A stretch of DNA of 64,000 nucleotides from Candidatus Sumerlaeaceae bacterium. GTDB taxonomy: Bacteria > Sumerlaeota > Sumerlaeia > Sumerlaeales > Sumerlaeaceae. The stretch covers positions 250,016-314,015 of the forward strand of contig JBPCLP010000021.1 of the NCBI GenBank assembly GCA_051003195.1. Reading direction: 5' to 3'. The number at the start of each line of letters is the position of its first letter. Positions within the stretch are counted from its first letter, which is position 1. The translations under genes were made by a program, and so were the position numbers. The notes under the pieces are model-generated. The model had not been told where the DNA came from. It did not search any database and saw only the letters and a program-made list of their open reading frames with translations. Of the stretch, positions 37,077-45,905 are shown in pieces.

Positions 37077-38369
37077 ATGGATTATATCGCGCAGGGTTCG
37101 GCAACAGAGGAACTGACGCACGAGCAGCTCGAGCTTCTGGTGGACGAGCTGCTTGTCCGGTTGGGTTCACTCAAACGTGTGCTCCTGATACCCCCCGATC
37201 ATACCCGGTCGCATTCGTACGCGGGTGAGCTAACCTCGATGCTGTACCATCGACTGTCGAAAAACGCGGAGATTAAAATCCTGCCAGCGCTCGGCACGCA
37301 CTCGCCGATGACGTCGGGGCAAATCGCCGCGATGTTTCAAGACATTCCGCTCGACAGGTTCCTTGTCCACAATTGGCGCACAGACCTCCACAAACTAGGT
37401 GAGGTTCCGGCCGACTTTATCGACGGCATCACCGGTAAGCGTCTCCGTTATCCAATTCACTGCGAGATCAATCGTACGCTGCTGGAAGGTAAGTGGGACC
37501 GAATTATCTCCATTGGGCAGGTGGTTCCCCACGAGGTAGTGGGCATGGCAAACCACAGTAAGAATGTTTTCGTGGGTACCGGCGGAAGCGACACCATTCA
37601 TAAGACGCATTACGTTGGCGCGGTATGCGGCATGGAGAACGTCATGGGCCGGGCCCAGTCTCCAGTTCGCGAAATCTTGAACTACATGAGCACATACTTT
37701 GGCGCGTCGCTGCCCCTGGTTTATCTGCTGACGGTTCGAGGTCACAATAGTCACGGAGCCCTGGTCACCCGGGGCGTTTTTGCGGGGGACGATGAAACCT
37801 GCTTCGCAAAAGCAGCGCAACTGTCCCAGGAGGTGAACCTCGACTTGCTGGATGAGCCGCTCCAGAAGGTAGTGGTGTACCTTGCGCCTGATGAATTCAA
37901 GTCTACGTGGCTCGGAAATAAAGCAATATACCGGACGCGTATGGCCATGGCCAACGATGGAGAGTTGATGATTATCGCACCGGGTGTGCGCGAGTTCGGC
38001 GAGGATTCGGGCATCGACCACCTGATTCGGAAATACGGTTATCATGGTACCGAGCACACGCTGCAGGCGGTGGAAAAGAACAGCGATCTGGGCTCGAACC
38101 TCGCCGCTGCGGCTCACCTGATCCACGGGTCATCGGAGGGAAGATTCCGTGTTACCTACTGCCCTGGCAAACTTTCGCGCGCGGAAATTGAAGGCGTCGG
38201 ATTCAGCTATGCGAATTGCGACGAGCTGTTGAAGCGCTACTCGCCTGCGAGATTGCGGGATGGAATTAATTTTTTGCCTGGTGGCGAGCAGGTGTTCTTC
38301 ATTTCGAATCCTGCGCTGGGTTTATGGGGGCTGAAGTCTCAGTTTTCACGTGCGATGGCCGGCGTTTGA
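37077..38369 (+). CDS. LarA-family (DUF2088) nickel-pincer hydroxyacid racemase/epimerase
   Basis: PPDHTR, ALGTH, HNW, VVPHEVVG...KN, NKAIYRT; ATG at 37077. Confidence 0.8.
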   Translation: MDYIAQGSATEELTHEQLELLVDELLVRLGSLKRVLLIPPDHTRSHSYAGELTSMLYHRLSKNAEIKILPALGTHSPMTSGQIAAMFQDIPLDRFLVHNWRTDLHKLGEVPADFIDGITGKRLRYPIHCEINRTLLEGKWDRIISIGQVVPHEVVGMANHSKNVFVGTGGSDTIHKTHYVGAVCGMENVMGRAQSPVREILNYMSTYFGASLPLVYLLTVRGHNSHGALVTRGVFAGDDETCFAKAAQLSQEVNLDLLDEPLQKVVVYLAPDEFKSTWLGNKAIYRTRMAMANDGELMIIAPGVREFGEDSGIDHLIRKYGYHGTEHTLQAVEKNSDLGSNLAAAAHLIHGSSEGRFRVTYCPGKLSRAEIEGVGFSYANCDELLKRYSPARLRDGINFLPGGEQVFFISNPALGLWGLKSQFSRAMAGV

Positions 38370-38896
38370 TAATCGTCGTGATGGGAGTGACAGGCAGCGG
38401 AAAAACGACGTTGGGCAAAGCCATCGCAGACAAATTACACTTACCGTTCTACGATGCCGACGATTTCCATCCGGAGCAAAATCGCGCAAAGTTAAAAGCC
38501 AATATTGCTTTGGACGACGCAGATCGACTGCCCTGGCTGGAAATCCTGGCTGAAAATTTAGCGCACTGGGAGCGCTCAGGCGGTGCAGTACTCGCATGCT
38601 CGGCATTGAAAGAGGCGTATAGAGACCTTTTGGGTTCCGGCACGGCTGGATTGTTATTGGTTTATATCAAGGGCGATAAGCAGCAGGTGGCACAACGTTT
38701 AACCCATCGTGCTGTCAAAGGCCATGAATTGATTCAGCATTTCAGCGAGATTCTGGATGGACAATTCAGAGACCTGGAAGAGCCGCAAGACGCCATCGTC
38801 GTCTCGATTCAGTGGTCTGTGAATGAGGCGGCCTCATGCGTGGTGGACCGGCTCACCCGTCTCAATGGACCCGGCAACGTAACCCGCACGCAATAA
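38366..38896 (+). CDS. gntK: Gluconokinase (GntK/IdnK type)
   Basis: MGVTGSGKT, DADDFHP, L.D.DRLPWL, LACSALK..YR, QF.DLEEP; TTGA overlap with the upstream gene. Confidence 0.92.
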   Translation: MIIVVMGVTGSGKTTLGKAIADKLHLPFYDADDFHPEQNRAKLKANIALDDADRLPWLEILAENLAHWERSGGAVLACSALKEAYRDLLGSGTAGLLLVYIKGDKQQVAQRLTHRAVKGHELIQHFSEILDGQFRDLEEPQDAIVVSIQWSVNEAASCVVDRLTRLNGPGNVTRTQ

Positions 38897-39006
38897 ATCT
38901 CGCCTTTGCAAGAGACCGAAAACCATCGCGAAATTAAGTTGCGAAATGTGAAAAGCGAAAAGCAAACTTCGCGTCACTTCTCAGTCTGATAACAGCAAGG
39001 GCACCT

Positions 39007-41130
39007 TTGGACAAAAACTCGCGCGTAACTCCAGCAGATGCCATTGCGCCTGAGGTACGTCTAGCCTCATGGATGTGGCACTCTGTTGCGCATCGCTTGC
39101 GCAGCTCACCTGGGTGGCTTTTGCTGCCCATTCTGGCGGCAGCATTTCTTTTGCGATTTGCCTGCGTGGACTACGCGCTGCCTTACGTTTATCCGTGGGA
39201 CGAGCCGGAGATTATTAACCCGGCAATCAACGTTTTGCGCTATGGGGATTATCGCCCGGCGCGGTTTGCCTACGGTCCCATTAATGGTTACCTTCATGCG
39301 GCCTGGGGCGCTCTTACTTTTGTGCGTGGAATCGAAAAAGGAGAATTCCCGGATAGTATCTGGGCGCTTACCAGTTCCAGGGATACTGCATGGTATTGGT
39401 CGATTACATCAGCCTATTTCCTGCGCCAGGCCCGAGTTCTCAGCGTGCTGCTCGGCTGTGTCAGCGTTATTTTTATTTTCGCCGCCGGGCGTCGTCTGGG
39501 CGGTGTGGCCGTCGGGGTGTGGGCCGCCAGCGTAGTTGCTCTTAGTCGTACAAGTCTGATTCAGACTTCGACTGTGACGGCGGATTCAACCAGCATGACA
39601 GCTACGTCGATCGTCGTCTGGGCGAGTGCGCATATTTTTTTATCCCGCGCTCGCTGGGCATATTGGGTTGCTGCGATTGGTGCGGCATTCGCAATGGCTT
39701 TTAAATATACGTCGTTTCCAGTGCTGTTGTTTCCGCTCCTTGCGCACTTTGTCTCTTCGTCGCAAAAGGAGCGATGGCTTAACTCTTCGCTTTTCTGGCT
39801 TATCACCGCCTGTACCATCGGCCTCGCTCTTCTGCTCTTCCCGGTGTTTTTGCAGCCGACAAGGTTTTTACACGACCTCGCAAGCGAGGCATTATACTAC
39901 GGCCCCGCTGGAACGTCGACGTGGGGGCAATATGTTAACGGCGCCCTGCGTGGCCTTCTCGTTACGAGCGACGCTGCTTCGGCGAAAAACCTGCTTGTTC
40001 CCTCAGGAGTGATGCTATTTGCAGTCATGCTGCTTGGAATATGGGTACTATGGCAGCAAAACCGCGGACTGCTGGCCATGCTTTTTCTGCCGGCATTGCT
40101 AAACATCCACTTCGTAGCAGGCCATGCCTCCCGATTTTTTGAACGAAACCTGCTACTGTCACAGGGACCCCTGGCCATTGTTGGAGGTTTTGGTTTTGTC
40201 TGGCTTTGTGGATTAGCGCACTCGCTTTTGAGTCGAAGAAAACAATTTGCGACCGCATCGGCGTTGACCACCTGTGTGCTTTATGTCCTCGCGTTTCTAC
40301 CTCTTCTTGTATGGGGAACTCGCAACGCGCTTCTCAAGAACAACTTTGTGGAGCCACGTGTAGAATTGTCGCGCAAAATGCGGGCATCACTCCCCAGGAA
40401 CAGCAGGGTTCTCGTCGCCAGCGAGACGCGGTGGTTCATGAACCGTGAAGAACTTAAACATCTTCAAATGGCCGACAGCCCGATTCTGCGAATGCTGGCC
40501 GAACCCCCGCCCACGACGTCCGTGGAGTACATCGTGGTTCCCCGGGAAGTGACTTTTTATAAGCCAACCCCCGGCAAACAGGAATTTGGCGATATTATCA
40601 ATGACTGGTTGAAAAAGACCAAAGCTGAACCCGGTTTCGAATTTGGTACTGCGCCTATGTTTTTCGGTAAACCATCGATCTTTCCTGCAGTCCGGCTTGT
40701 GAAGAATACGGAATCCTTGTGGCAGACCCGCCTTGCCACTACCGACAAGATATATGGCAGCCAGTTTACAGCGGGGCCGCGCAACCCGGAGACTAAATTG
40801 TCCGACGAAGGGCTGGCTATACGTCCTGGAATTTCAATTTCGGCAACGGTTACTATCTCCAAACCGATGACGAAAATTACCGTCAATGCTCGAGGGCTGA
40901 GTGCGCAACGCCAGGAAGTTCAACCCGCATTAAAACTCGAGATGTACCCTGCTGCCGGGCCATTCAACAAGCCAGTTGCTACGGCAGATTTCATGTTGGG
41001 ACGCAGTCAGGGAGGCCTTGCGGACTATTCGGCTACGGTCCCAGTTCCTCCAGGCGAATATATCGTGCGCATGCGCGGCTCGGACCCCGAGGACTATCGA
41101 ATCGAAATTACGCTGGTCAGCTTCAGCTAG
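39007..41130 (+). CDS. GT-C (PMT/ArnT-like) membrane glycosyltransferase with C-terminal extracytoplasmic beta domain
   Basis: TM1 then WDEP acidic motif, AR.LSVL.G, FKY, about 11-13 TMs, soluble tail. Confidence 0.8.
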   Translation: MDKNSRVTPADAIAPEVRLASWMWHSVAHRLRSSPGWLLLPILAAAFLLRFACVDYALPYVYPWDEPEIINPAINVLRYGDYRPARFAYGPINGYLHAAWGALTFVRGIEKGEFPDSIWALTSSRDTAWYWSITSAYFLRQARVLSVLLGCVSVIFIFAAGRRLGGVAVGVWAASVVALSRTSLIQTSTVTADSTSMTATSIVVWASAHIFLSRARWAYWVAAIGAAFAMAFKYTSFPVLLFPLLAHFVSSSQKERWLNSSLFWLITACTIGLALLLFPVFLQPTRFLHDLASEALYYGPAGTSTWGQYVNGALRGLLVTSDAASAKNLLVPSGVMLFAVMLLGIWVLWQQNRGLLAMLFLPALLNIHFVAGHASRFFERNLLLSQGPLAIVGGFGFVWLCGLAHSLLSRRKQFATASALTTCVLYVLAFLPLLVWGTRNALLKNNFVEPRVELSRKMRASLPRNSRVLVASETRWFMNREELKHLQMADSPILRMLAEPPPTTSVEYIVVPREVTFYKPTPGKQEFGDIINDWLKKTKAEPGFEFGTAPMFFGKPSIFPAVRLVKNTESLWQTRLATTDKIYGSQFTAGPRNPETKLSDEGLAIRPGISISATVTISKPMTKITVNARGLSAQRQEVQPALKLEMYPAAGPFNKPVATADFMLGRSQGGLADYSATVPVPPGEYIVRMRGSDPEDYRIEITLVSFS

Positions 41131-41163
41131 GGTATGACGCATGACGAATGAGATTGCGATCCT

Positions 41164-42255
41164 GTGAGTTCGCGACTTGCGGCTGAATTGCAGCAGCGCG
41201 ACCCCGCACGCCTGCAGGAGATGCGCCGTTTCTACAACCGAAGAAACATTCTCATTACTGGCGGCCTCGGGTTCATTGGTTCCAACCTTGCCATAATCCT
41301 CGCCGAACTTGGAGCCGATATTACTCTGGTCGATTCTCTCGTGCCTGAGTACGGCGGAAATCATTTCAACATCGAGCCGGTAAAGGAGCGGGTGCGCATC
41401 AATGTTTCCGATGTTCGCGATCGCTCCAGTATGGATTACCTTGTGCAGGGCCGGGACCTTATTTTTAATCTCGCGGGTACCCTGAGCCACGTTGACAGCA
41501 TGAAGGATCCATTTACAGACCTTGAGATAAATTGCGTAAGCCAGCTGTCGATCCTCGAGTCGTGCCGGCAGCATAATCCCGGGGTGAAACTCGTCTTTGC
41601 CGGAACTCGTGGACAATACGGCCGCACAGGTAGCGCACCTGTAGACGAGCAGCACCCAATGCGGCCCACAGACGTGAACGGCATCAACAACGTGGCGGGT
41701 GAGAGCTATCATCTTCTGTACAACGACGTCTACGGTGTCCGTGCCAGTTCTCTGCGGCTGACAAATACATTCGGACCCCGGCACCAGATGCGCCACCATC
41801 GACAGGGCGTGCTGAACTGGTTCCTGCGTCAACTGATCGAAGGGCAGCAAATTCGGCTCTATGGCACTGGCGAACAGGTGAGAGACACAAATTATGTTTC
41901 CGACGTCGTCGAGGCGTTTCTGCTCGCGGGTATGAATGAGAGCACGAATGGCGAAGCGTTCAATCTTGGTGGTGAACCTCTCAGCTTAAAACAATTCGTC
42001 GAAATTGCGATTGAAGAAAACGGCGGGGGGAGCTATGAGCTTATCCCATTCCCAGTTGAAAGCAGGCAGATCGAGATTGGTGACTATGTTGCAGACCATC
42101 GGAAGTTTTCGTCTACCTGCGGATGGCAACCGCATGTAACCGTACGCGAAGGTATTCGACGCTCGCTCGAGTATTATCGGGAATATAAATGCCATTACTG
42201 GGATGCCGGCGATTATGCGGTAACCGATTCAAACCGCATCCCGGTCGGCGCTTAG
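41164..42255 (+). CDS. NAD-dependent nucleotide-sugar epimerase/dehydratase (extended SDR)
   Basis: ITGGLGFIGS, FNLAG, RLTNTFGP, QVRD.NYV.D. Confidence 0.92.
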   Translation: MSSRLAAELQQRDPARLQEMRRFYNRRNILITGGLGFIGSNLAIILAELGADITLVDSLVPEYGGNHFNIEPVKERVRINVSDVRDRSSMDYLVQGRDLIFNLAGTLSHVDSMKDPFTDLEINCVSQLSILESCRQHNPGVKLVFAGTRGQYGRTGSAPVDEQHPMRPTDVNGINNVAGESYHLLYNDVYGVRASSLRLTNTFGPRHQMRHHRQGVLNWFLRQLIEGQQIRLYGTGEQVRDTNYVSDVVEAFLLAGMNESTNGEAFNLGGEPLSLKQFVEIAIEENGGGSYELIPFPVESRQIEIGDYVADHRKFSSTCGWQPHVTVREGIRRSLEYYREYKCHYWDAGDYAVTDSNRIPVGA

Positions 42256-43382
42256 TGGCACCTATCGACAAGGTAATAACCATTCCCTTCGGCGACTTGT
42301 CGCGCCAGTATCGCGCCCATCGCGAAGATTACGATGCAGCAGTGCAGCGCGTCATGGAGCGGGGCTGGTTTGTGCTGGGGGAAGAGGGCCGTACATTTGA
42401 AGACGAGTTCGCAGCGTACACAGGCGCCGTATATTGCGTCGGATGCAATTCGGGCACGGATGCCATTCGACTGGCATTGGCCGCGCATGAGATCGGGCCC
42501 GGCGATAGTGTGATGACAGTTGCGAACACGTGTGTGCCGACAGTAGTCGGCATTATCGGTTCAGGGGCGGCTGTCCGACTGTGTGATGCGAATTTGAACA
42601 CAGCGCTCATGGATGCCTCCTCATTGGACCATGAGTTAAGGAAACACCCGTGTAAGGCAGTCGTACCGGTTCACTTGTATGGTCAACCTGCTGACCTGGA
42701 GGAGCTGCAGGCAGTGGCAAACCGGCACGGAGCGCTGCTGATCGAAGATGCCGCGCAGGCGCATGGAGCCATGTTCAAGGGACAGAGGATTGGAAGCCAT
42801 GGAAACACCGTCGCCTGGAGCTTCTATCCCTCGAAGAACCTGGGAGCATTCGGCGATGGGGGCGCGGTAACCACCAACGATGCTGCAGTGGCTGAACGGC
42901 TGACGAAACTTCGGAACTACGGGCAGTCAAAACGATATCACCATGACAGCCTGGGCATAAACAGCCGACTGGACGAGGTGCAGGCGGCAGTGCTGCGTGG
43001 CCGGCTACCTCGGCTTGAGTCTGAAAACTCGCGGAGACGCCAGATCGCGCGTCAATACCGCGACTCAATCGGCAACCGGAAAGTGACGTTTTTCGAACAA
43101 TCCAGCCACACACTAAGTTGCGAGCACCTTTTCCCGATCCGTGTTGCAGACAGAGACTCTATAATCGCCCGGCTGGAAAGCCTCGGGATTCAAACCCTGA
43201 TTCACTATCCAATCCCGATTCATCGGCAGAAGGCGTACTCGGAGCTGGGGTATTCGCCAGGTAATTTCCCGCATGCGGAGCAACTCTGTAACGAGGTACT
43301 TTCAATTCCGATGTTCCCGGAGCTGACCGATGATGAAGTTAATGCTGTCATTGCTTCGTTGAACGAGGCCTTAGATCAGTAA
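42255..43382 (+). CDS. DegT/DnrJ/EryC1/StrS nucleotide-sugar aminotransferase
   Basis: NSGTDA, PVHLYGQ, EDAAQAHGA, SFYPSKNLGAFGDGG, NSRLDE. Confidence 0.95.
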   Translation: MAPIDKVITIPFGDLSRQYRAHREDYDAAVQRVMERGWFVLGEEGRTFEDEFAAYTGAVYCVGCNSGTDAIRLALAAHEIGPGDSVMTVANTCVPTVVGIIGSGAAVRLCDANLNTALMDASSLDHELRKHPCKAVVPVHLYGQPADLEELQAVANRHGALLIEDAAQAHGAMFKGQRIGSHGNTVAWSFYPSKNLGAFGDGGAVTTNDAAVAERLTKLRNYGQSKRYHHDSLGINSRLDEVQAAVLRGRLPRLESENSRRRQIARQYRDSIGNRKVTFFEQSSHTLSCEHLFPIRVADRDSIIARLESLGIQTLIHYPIPIHRQKAYSELGYSPGNFPHAEQLCNEVLSIPMFPELTDDEVNAVIASLNEALDQ

Positions 43383-43439
43383 GCATCGCTTAAAAGGATT
43401 TGACGGATTCAGGCGATGTGCATGGCGTGGACTACTTCC

Positions 43440-44372
43440 ATGAGAAAGCTCTCCGTCGTCATTCCTGTCTACCGTGGTGAGCGAACCATCGCGCCTCTCG
43501 TTACGGAGGTGCTTGAAAAGCTCGTGGCCTACGATCCTGAAATCGTACTGGTAAACGATGGCAGTCCAGATGGCAGTGAAGCTGTCTGCGAGGAGCTTGC
43601 GCACAAGTACGCCTCTGTGAAGTTTATATCGCTGCGCCGAAACTTCGGAGAAAACAATGCCGTGATGTGCGGCCTAAATTTCGTCGAGGCAGAGTATGCC
43701 GCTGTGATAGATGACGACTTTCAGAACCCACCGTCGGAGATCGTCAAGCTGCTGGATGAAGCCGAAAAAGGTTACGACGTGGTGTACTCGAAATATCGGG
43801 TGAAGCACCACCATTGGTTCAGAAATTTCGGTAGCAGGCTCCACAATTACATGGCTACATTCCTCCTTAACAAGCCACCCAATCTTTACCTCTCGAGCTT
43901 CCGTCTAATACGGAATGATGTCATTCAGGAAATCATCAAGTATCGAGGCCCCTTTCCATATATCGACGGACTCATCCTGCGCGTGACCAACAACTTCAGT
44001 AGTGTGTATGTTGAGCATGCTGGGCGCGAGGACGGCAAATCGACGTACACGTTTTCAAAGCTGGTGGGTGTCTGGTTAAATATGTTCCTGAACTTCTCCA
44101 TCAAGCCGCTTCGGGTCTTCACGTTTTCGGGCTTCGTAATTTTCGTGCTCGGTCTCTTAATGTCGGTCTATTTCGTGGTCGAAAAACTGCTGAATCCGGC
44201 CGAACAGATGGGCTGGACCTCTCTCATGGTTTCCATCCTGACGTTGTCAGGTATTCAGTTGATGTTCGTGGGCCTGATGGGAGAATACCTTGGTAAGGCT
44301 TACCTGGATGTAAACGGTACCCCACAGTGGGTAATCAGGAAAAAAGTACTCGGCGGGCGGGAGACGCCCTAG
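43440..44372 (+). CDS. GT2 polyprenyl-phosphate glycosyltransferase (ArnC/GtrB-like)
   Basis: SVVIPVY, VNDGSPD, RNFG, DDDFQNPP, two C-terminal TMs, GEYLG. Confidence 0.93.
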   Translation: MRKLSVVIPVYRGERTIAPLVTEVLEKLVAYDPEIVLVNDGSPDGSEAVCEELAHKYASVKFISLRRNFGENNAVMCGLNFVEAEYAAVIDDDFQNPPSEIVKLLDEAEKGYDVVYSKYRVKHHHWFRNFGSRLHNYMATFLLNKPPNLYLSSFRLIRNDVIQEIIKYRGPFPYIDGLILRVTNNFSSVYVEHAGREDGKSTYTFSKLVGVWLNMFLNFSIKPLRVFTFSGFVIFVLGLLMSVYFVVEKLLNPAEQMGWTSLMVSILTLSGIQLMFVGLMGEYLGKAYLDVNGTPQWVIRKKVLGGRETP

Positions 44373-44384
44373 TGTGCCCCTGGT

Positions 44385-45125
44385 CTAGTTCTTTGGCTTG
44401 TGTGCGATCGCAAAAACCGATGAGCCGAATGGCAGGTTCGTATAACGCAGCAAAACGTTCTCCAGTTTCAGTATGCCCGTGAGGGTGTTATTCAGCCAGG
44501 CGACTGGAACTGACAAATCAGAATCGGAATTACCTCCCGCCCGGTGCAGGAAACGCCGGGCAAGCAGCACCGGCGAAAGCAGGAAATTACGGTAGCATAC
44601 TCGCTGGACCTGCAGCCCGCCAGCACTAAGTTTGTCTCGCATTTCACACACCGTATAACGGTGTCGCGTGAGATTTACGACATCGTGTGAACCGCGGAAG
44701 ATTTCCATGGCTGCCACATGAACCAGCAACATCCCGCCCGGCTTCAAGACTCGAGCCAGCTCGCGCAAGGCCGCAATATCATCGGTCACCCATTGGTGGT
44801 ATAGAACGTCGTTTGAAATTACCACGTCGAATGCGTCATCCTGGAAAGGAAGCACCAGCACGGAACCACGAACGAGCCGCTCCGGATGCCTTCTGGCCGT
44901 AAGGTTCAGCGCGTCTGCTGAAAGATCAATTCCCACTCCACGGCCGATGCCGGCAAGCTGAAGAAGATTTGCGCCGGTGCCGCAGCCTGCATCCAGAATC
45001 ACAGGAGACGCGCCGGTAGATTTCCGATAGGATCGGAGGGCGTACTCCAGAATTCCCCATCGCCCTCGAAACCACCAGAGTTTGTCGTCCGTGGTGAAAA
45101 GGCGCTGGTATTCTTCACGTTCCAT
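44385..45125 (-). CDS. Class I SAM-dependent methyltransferase, paralogue of 30235-30984
   Basis: WWFRGR, ILDAGCGTG, DVLYH, RVLKPGG, HD...RHRY, LPFGSS. Confidence 0.9.
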   Translation of the reverse strand: MEREEYQRLFTTDDKLWWFRGRWGILEYALRSYRKSTGASPVILDAGCGTGANLLQLAGIGRGVGIDLSADALNLTARRHPERLVRGSVLVLPFQDDAFDVVISNDVLYHQWVTDDIAALRELARVLKPGGMLLVHVAAMEIFRGSHDVVNLTRHRYTVCEMRDKLSAGGLQVQRVCYRNFLLSPVLLARRFLHRAGGNSDSDLSVPVAWLNNTLTGILKLENVLLRYTNLPFGSSVFAIAHKPKN

Positions 45126-45208
45126 TGGGCGGCATTATGCAATGTCGCTAACGATGTGGCACAACAACGGAAACCGGATGTCGCACGGTTCCATGCATTC
45201 TTACCGCG

Positions 45209-45754
45209 TTATTGCCCGTAGACGAGGAACTGCGCGCGCCGGTTTCGTGCCCACGCCATCTCTTCATCGCTCGGATCGTCGGGGCGCTCTGAACCGTAGC
45301 TGATTGTATGAAGCCGGTCGGCCGAAACTCCCTGCTGCACAAGGTAGCTTCGTGCGGTATCGGCGCGGCGTTGGCCAAGAGAGTAATTGTAATCAGACGT
45401 TCCACGCACGTCGCAGTGCCCTTCAATCTGAATCTGCACTTGGGGATTCGCGCGTAGCCATGCTGCGTTTGCATCCAGTTGCTGACGTGCCGGATCCAGC
45501 AAGGCCGCGCTATCATAGGAGAAATAGATCCGCTTTAAATCGGCAGACTCCTGGGCATTCTGGCCACGGATGGGCTCTGGGAGAACCGATGATTCAATTC
45601 CTCCATCCATAGGGCTCAGCGGTGGCGCAGCACCTGCGTTGTTCGTATTGTTGCGAAAGCGATCGAAGAACGAATTTGTTCCACGACAGCCCGCGAATAA
45701 GACGCAGCACGTAATCAGCAGCAGCGCGCATTTCAAGCCCTTACAGGTCATCAC
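45209..45754 (-). CDS. pal: Peptidoglycan-associated lipoprotein (OmpA-like domain)
   Basis: Lipobox FAGC, IYFSYDS, IEGHCDVRGT..YN..LGQRRA, SYGSERP, NRR. Confidence 0.93.
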   Translation of the reverse strand: MMTCKGLKCALLLITCCVLFAGCRGTNSFFDRFRNNTNNAGAAPPLSPMDGGIESSVLPEPIRGQNAQESADLKRIYFSYDSAALLDPARQQLDANAAWLRANPQVQIQIEGHCDVRGTSDYNYSLGQRRADTARSYLVQQGVSADRLHTISYGSERPDDPSDEEMAWARNRRAQFLVYGQ

Positions 45755-45905
45755 CTGACAGTCACCTCACGTGTTCGGTTCTGCGCGGCCCAGCGACCGC
45801 TGCAATTTCCGGCAGCGCAGTAGATTGTCAGGGTGCTGTCAATTGGTTTGTGGTGACAAAGCGCAATCCCGGCAACCGCCAGTTATGCTTGGAACTGTTG
45901 CTGCT

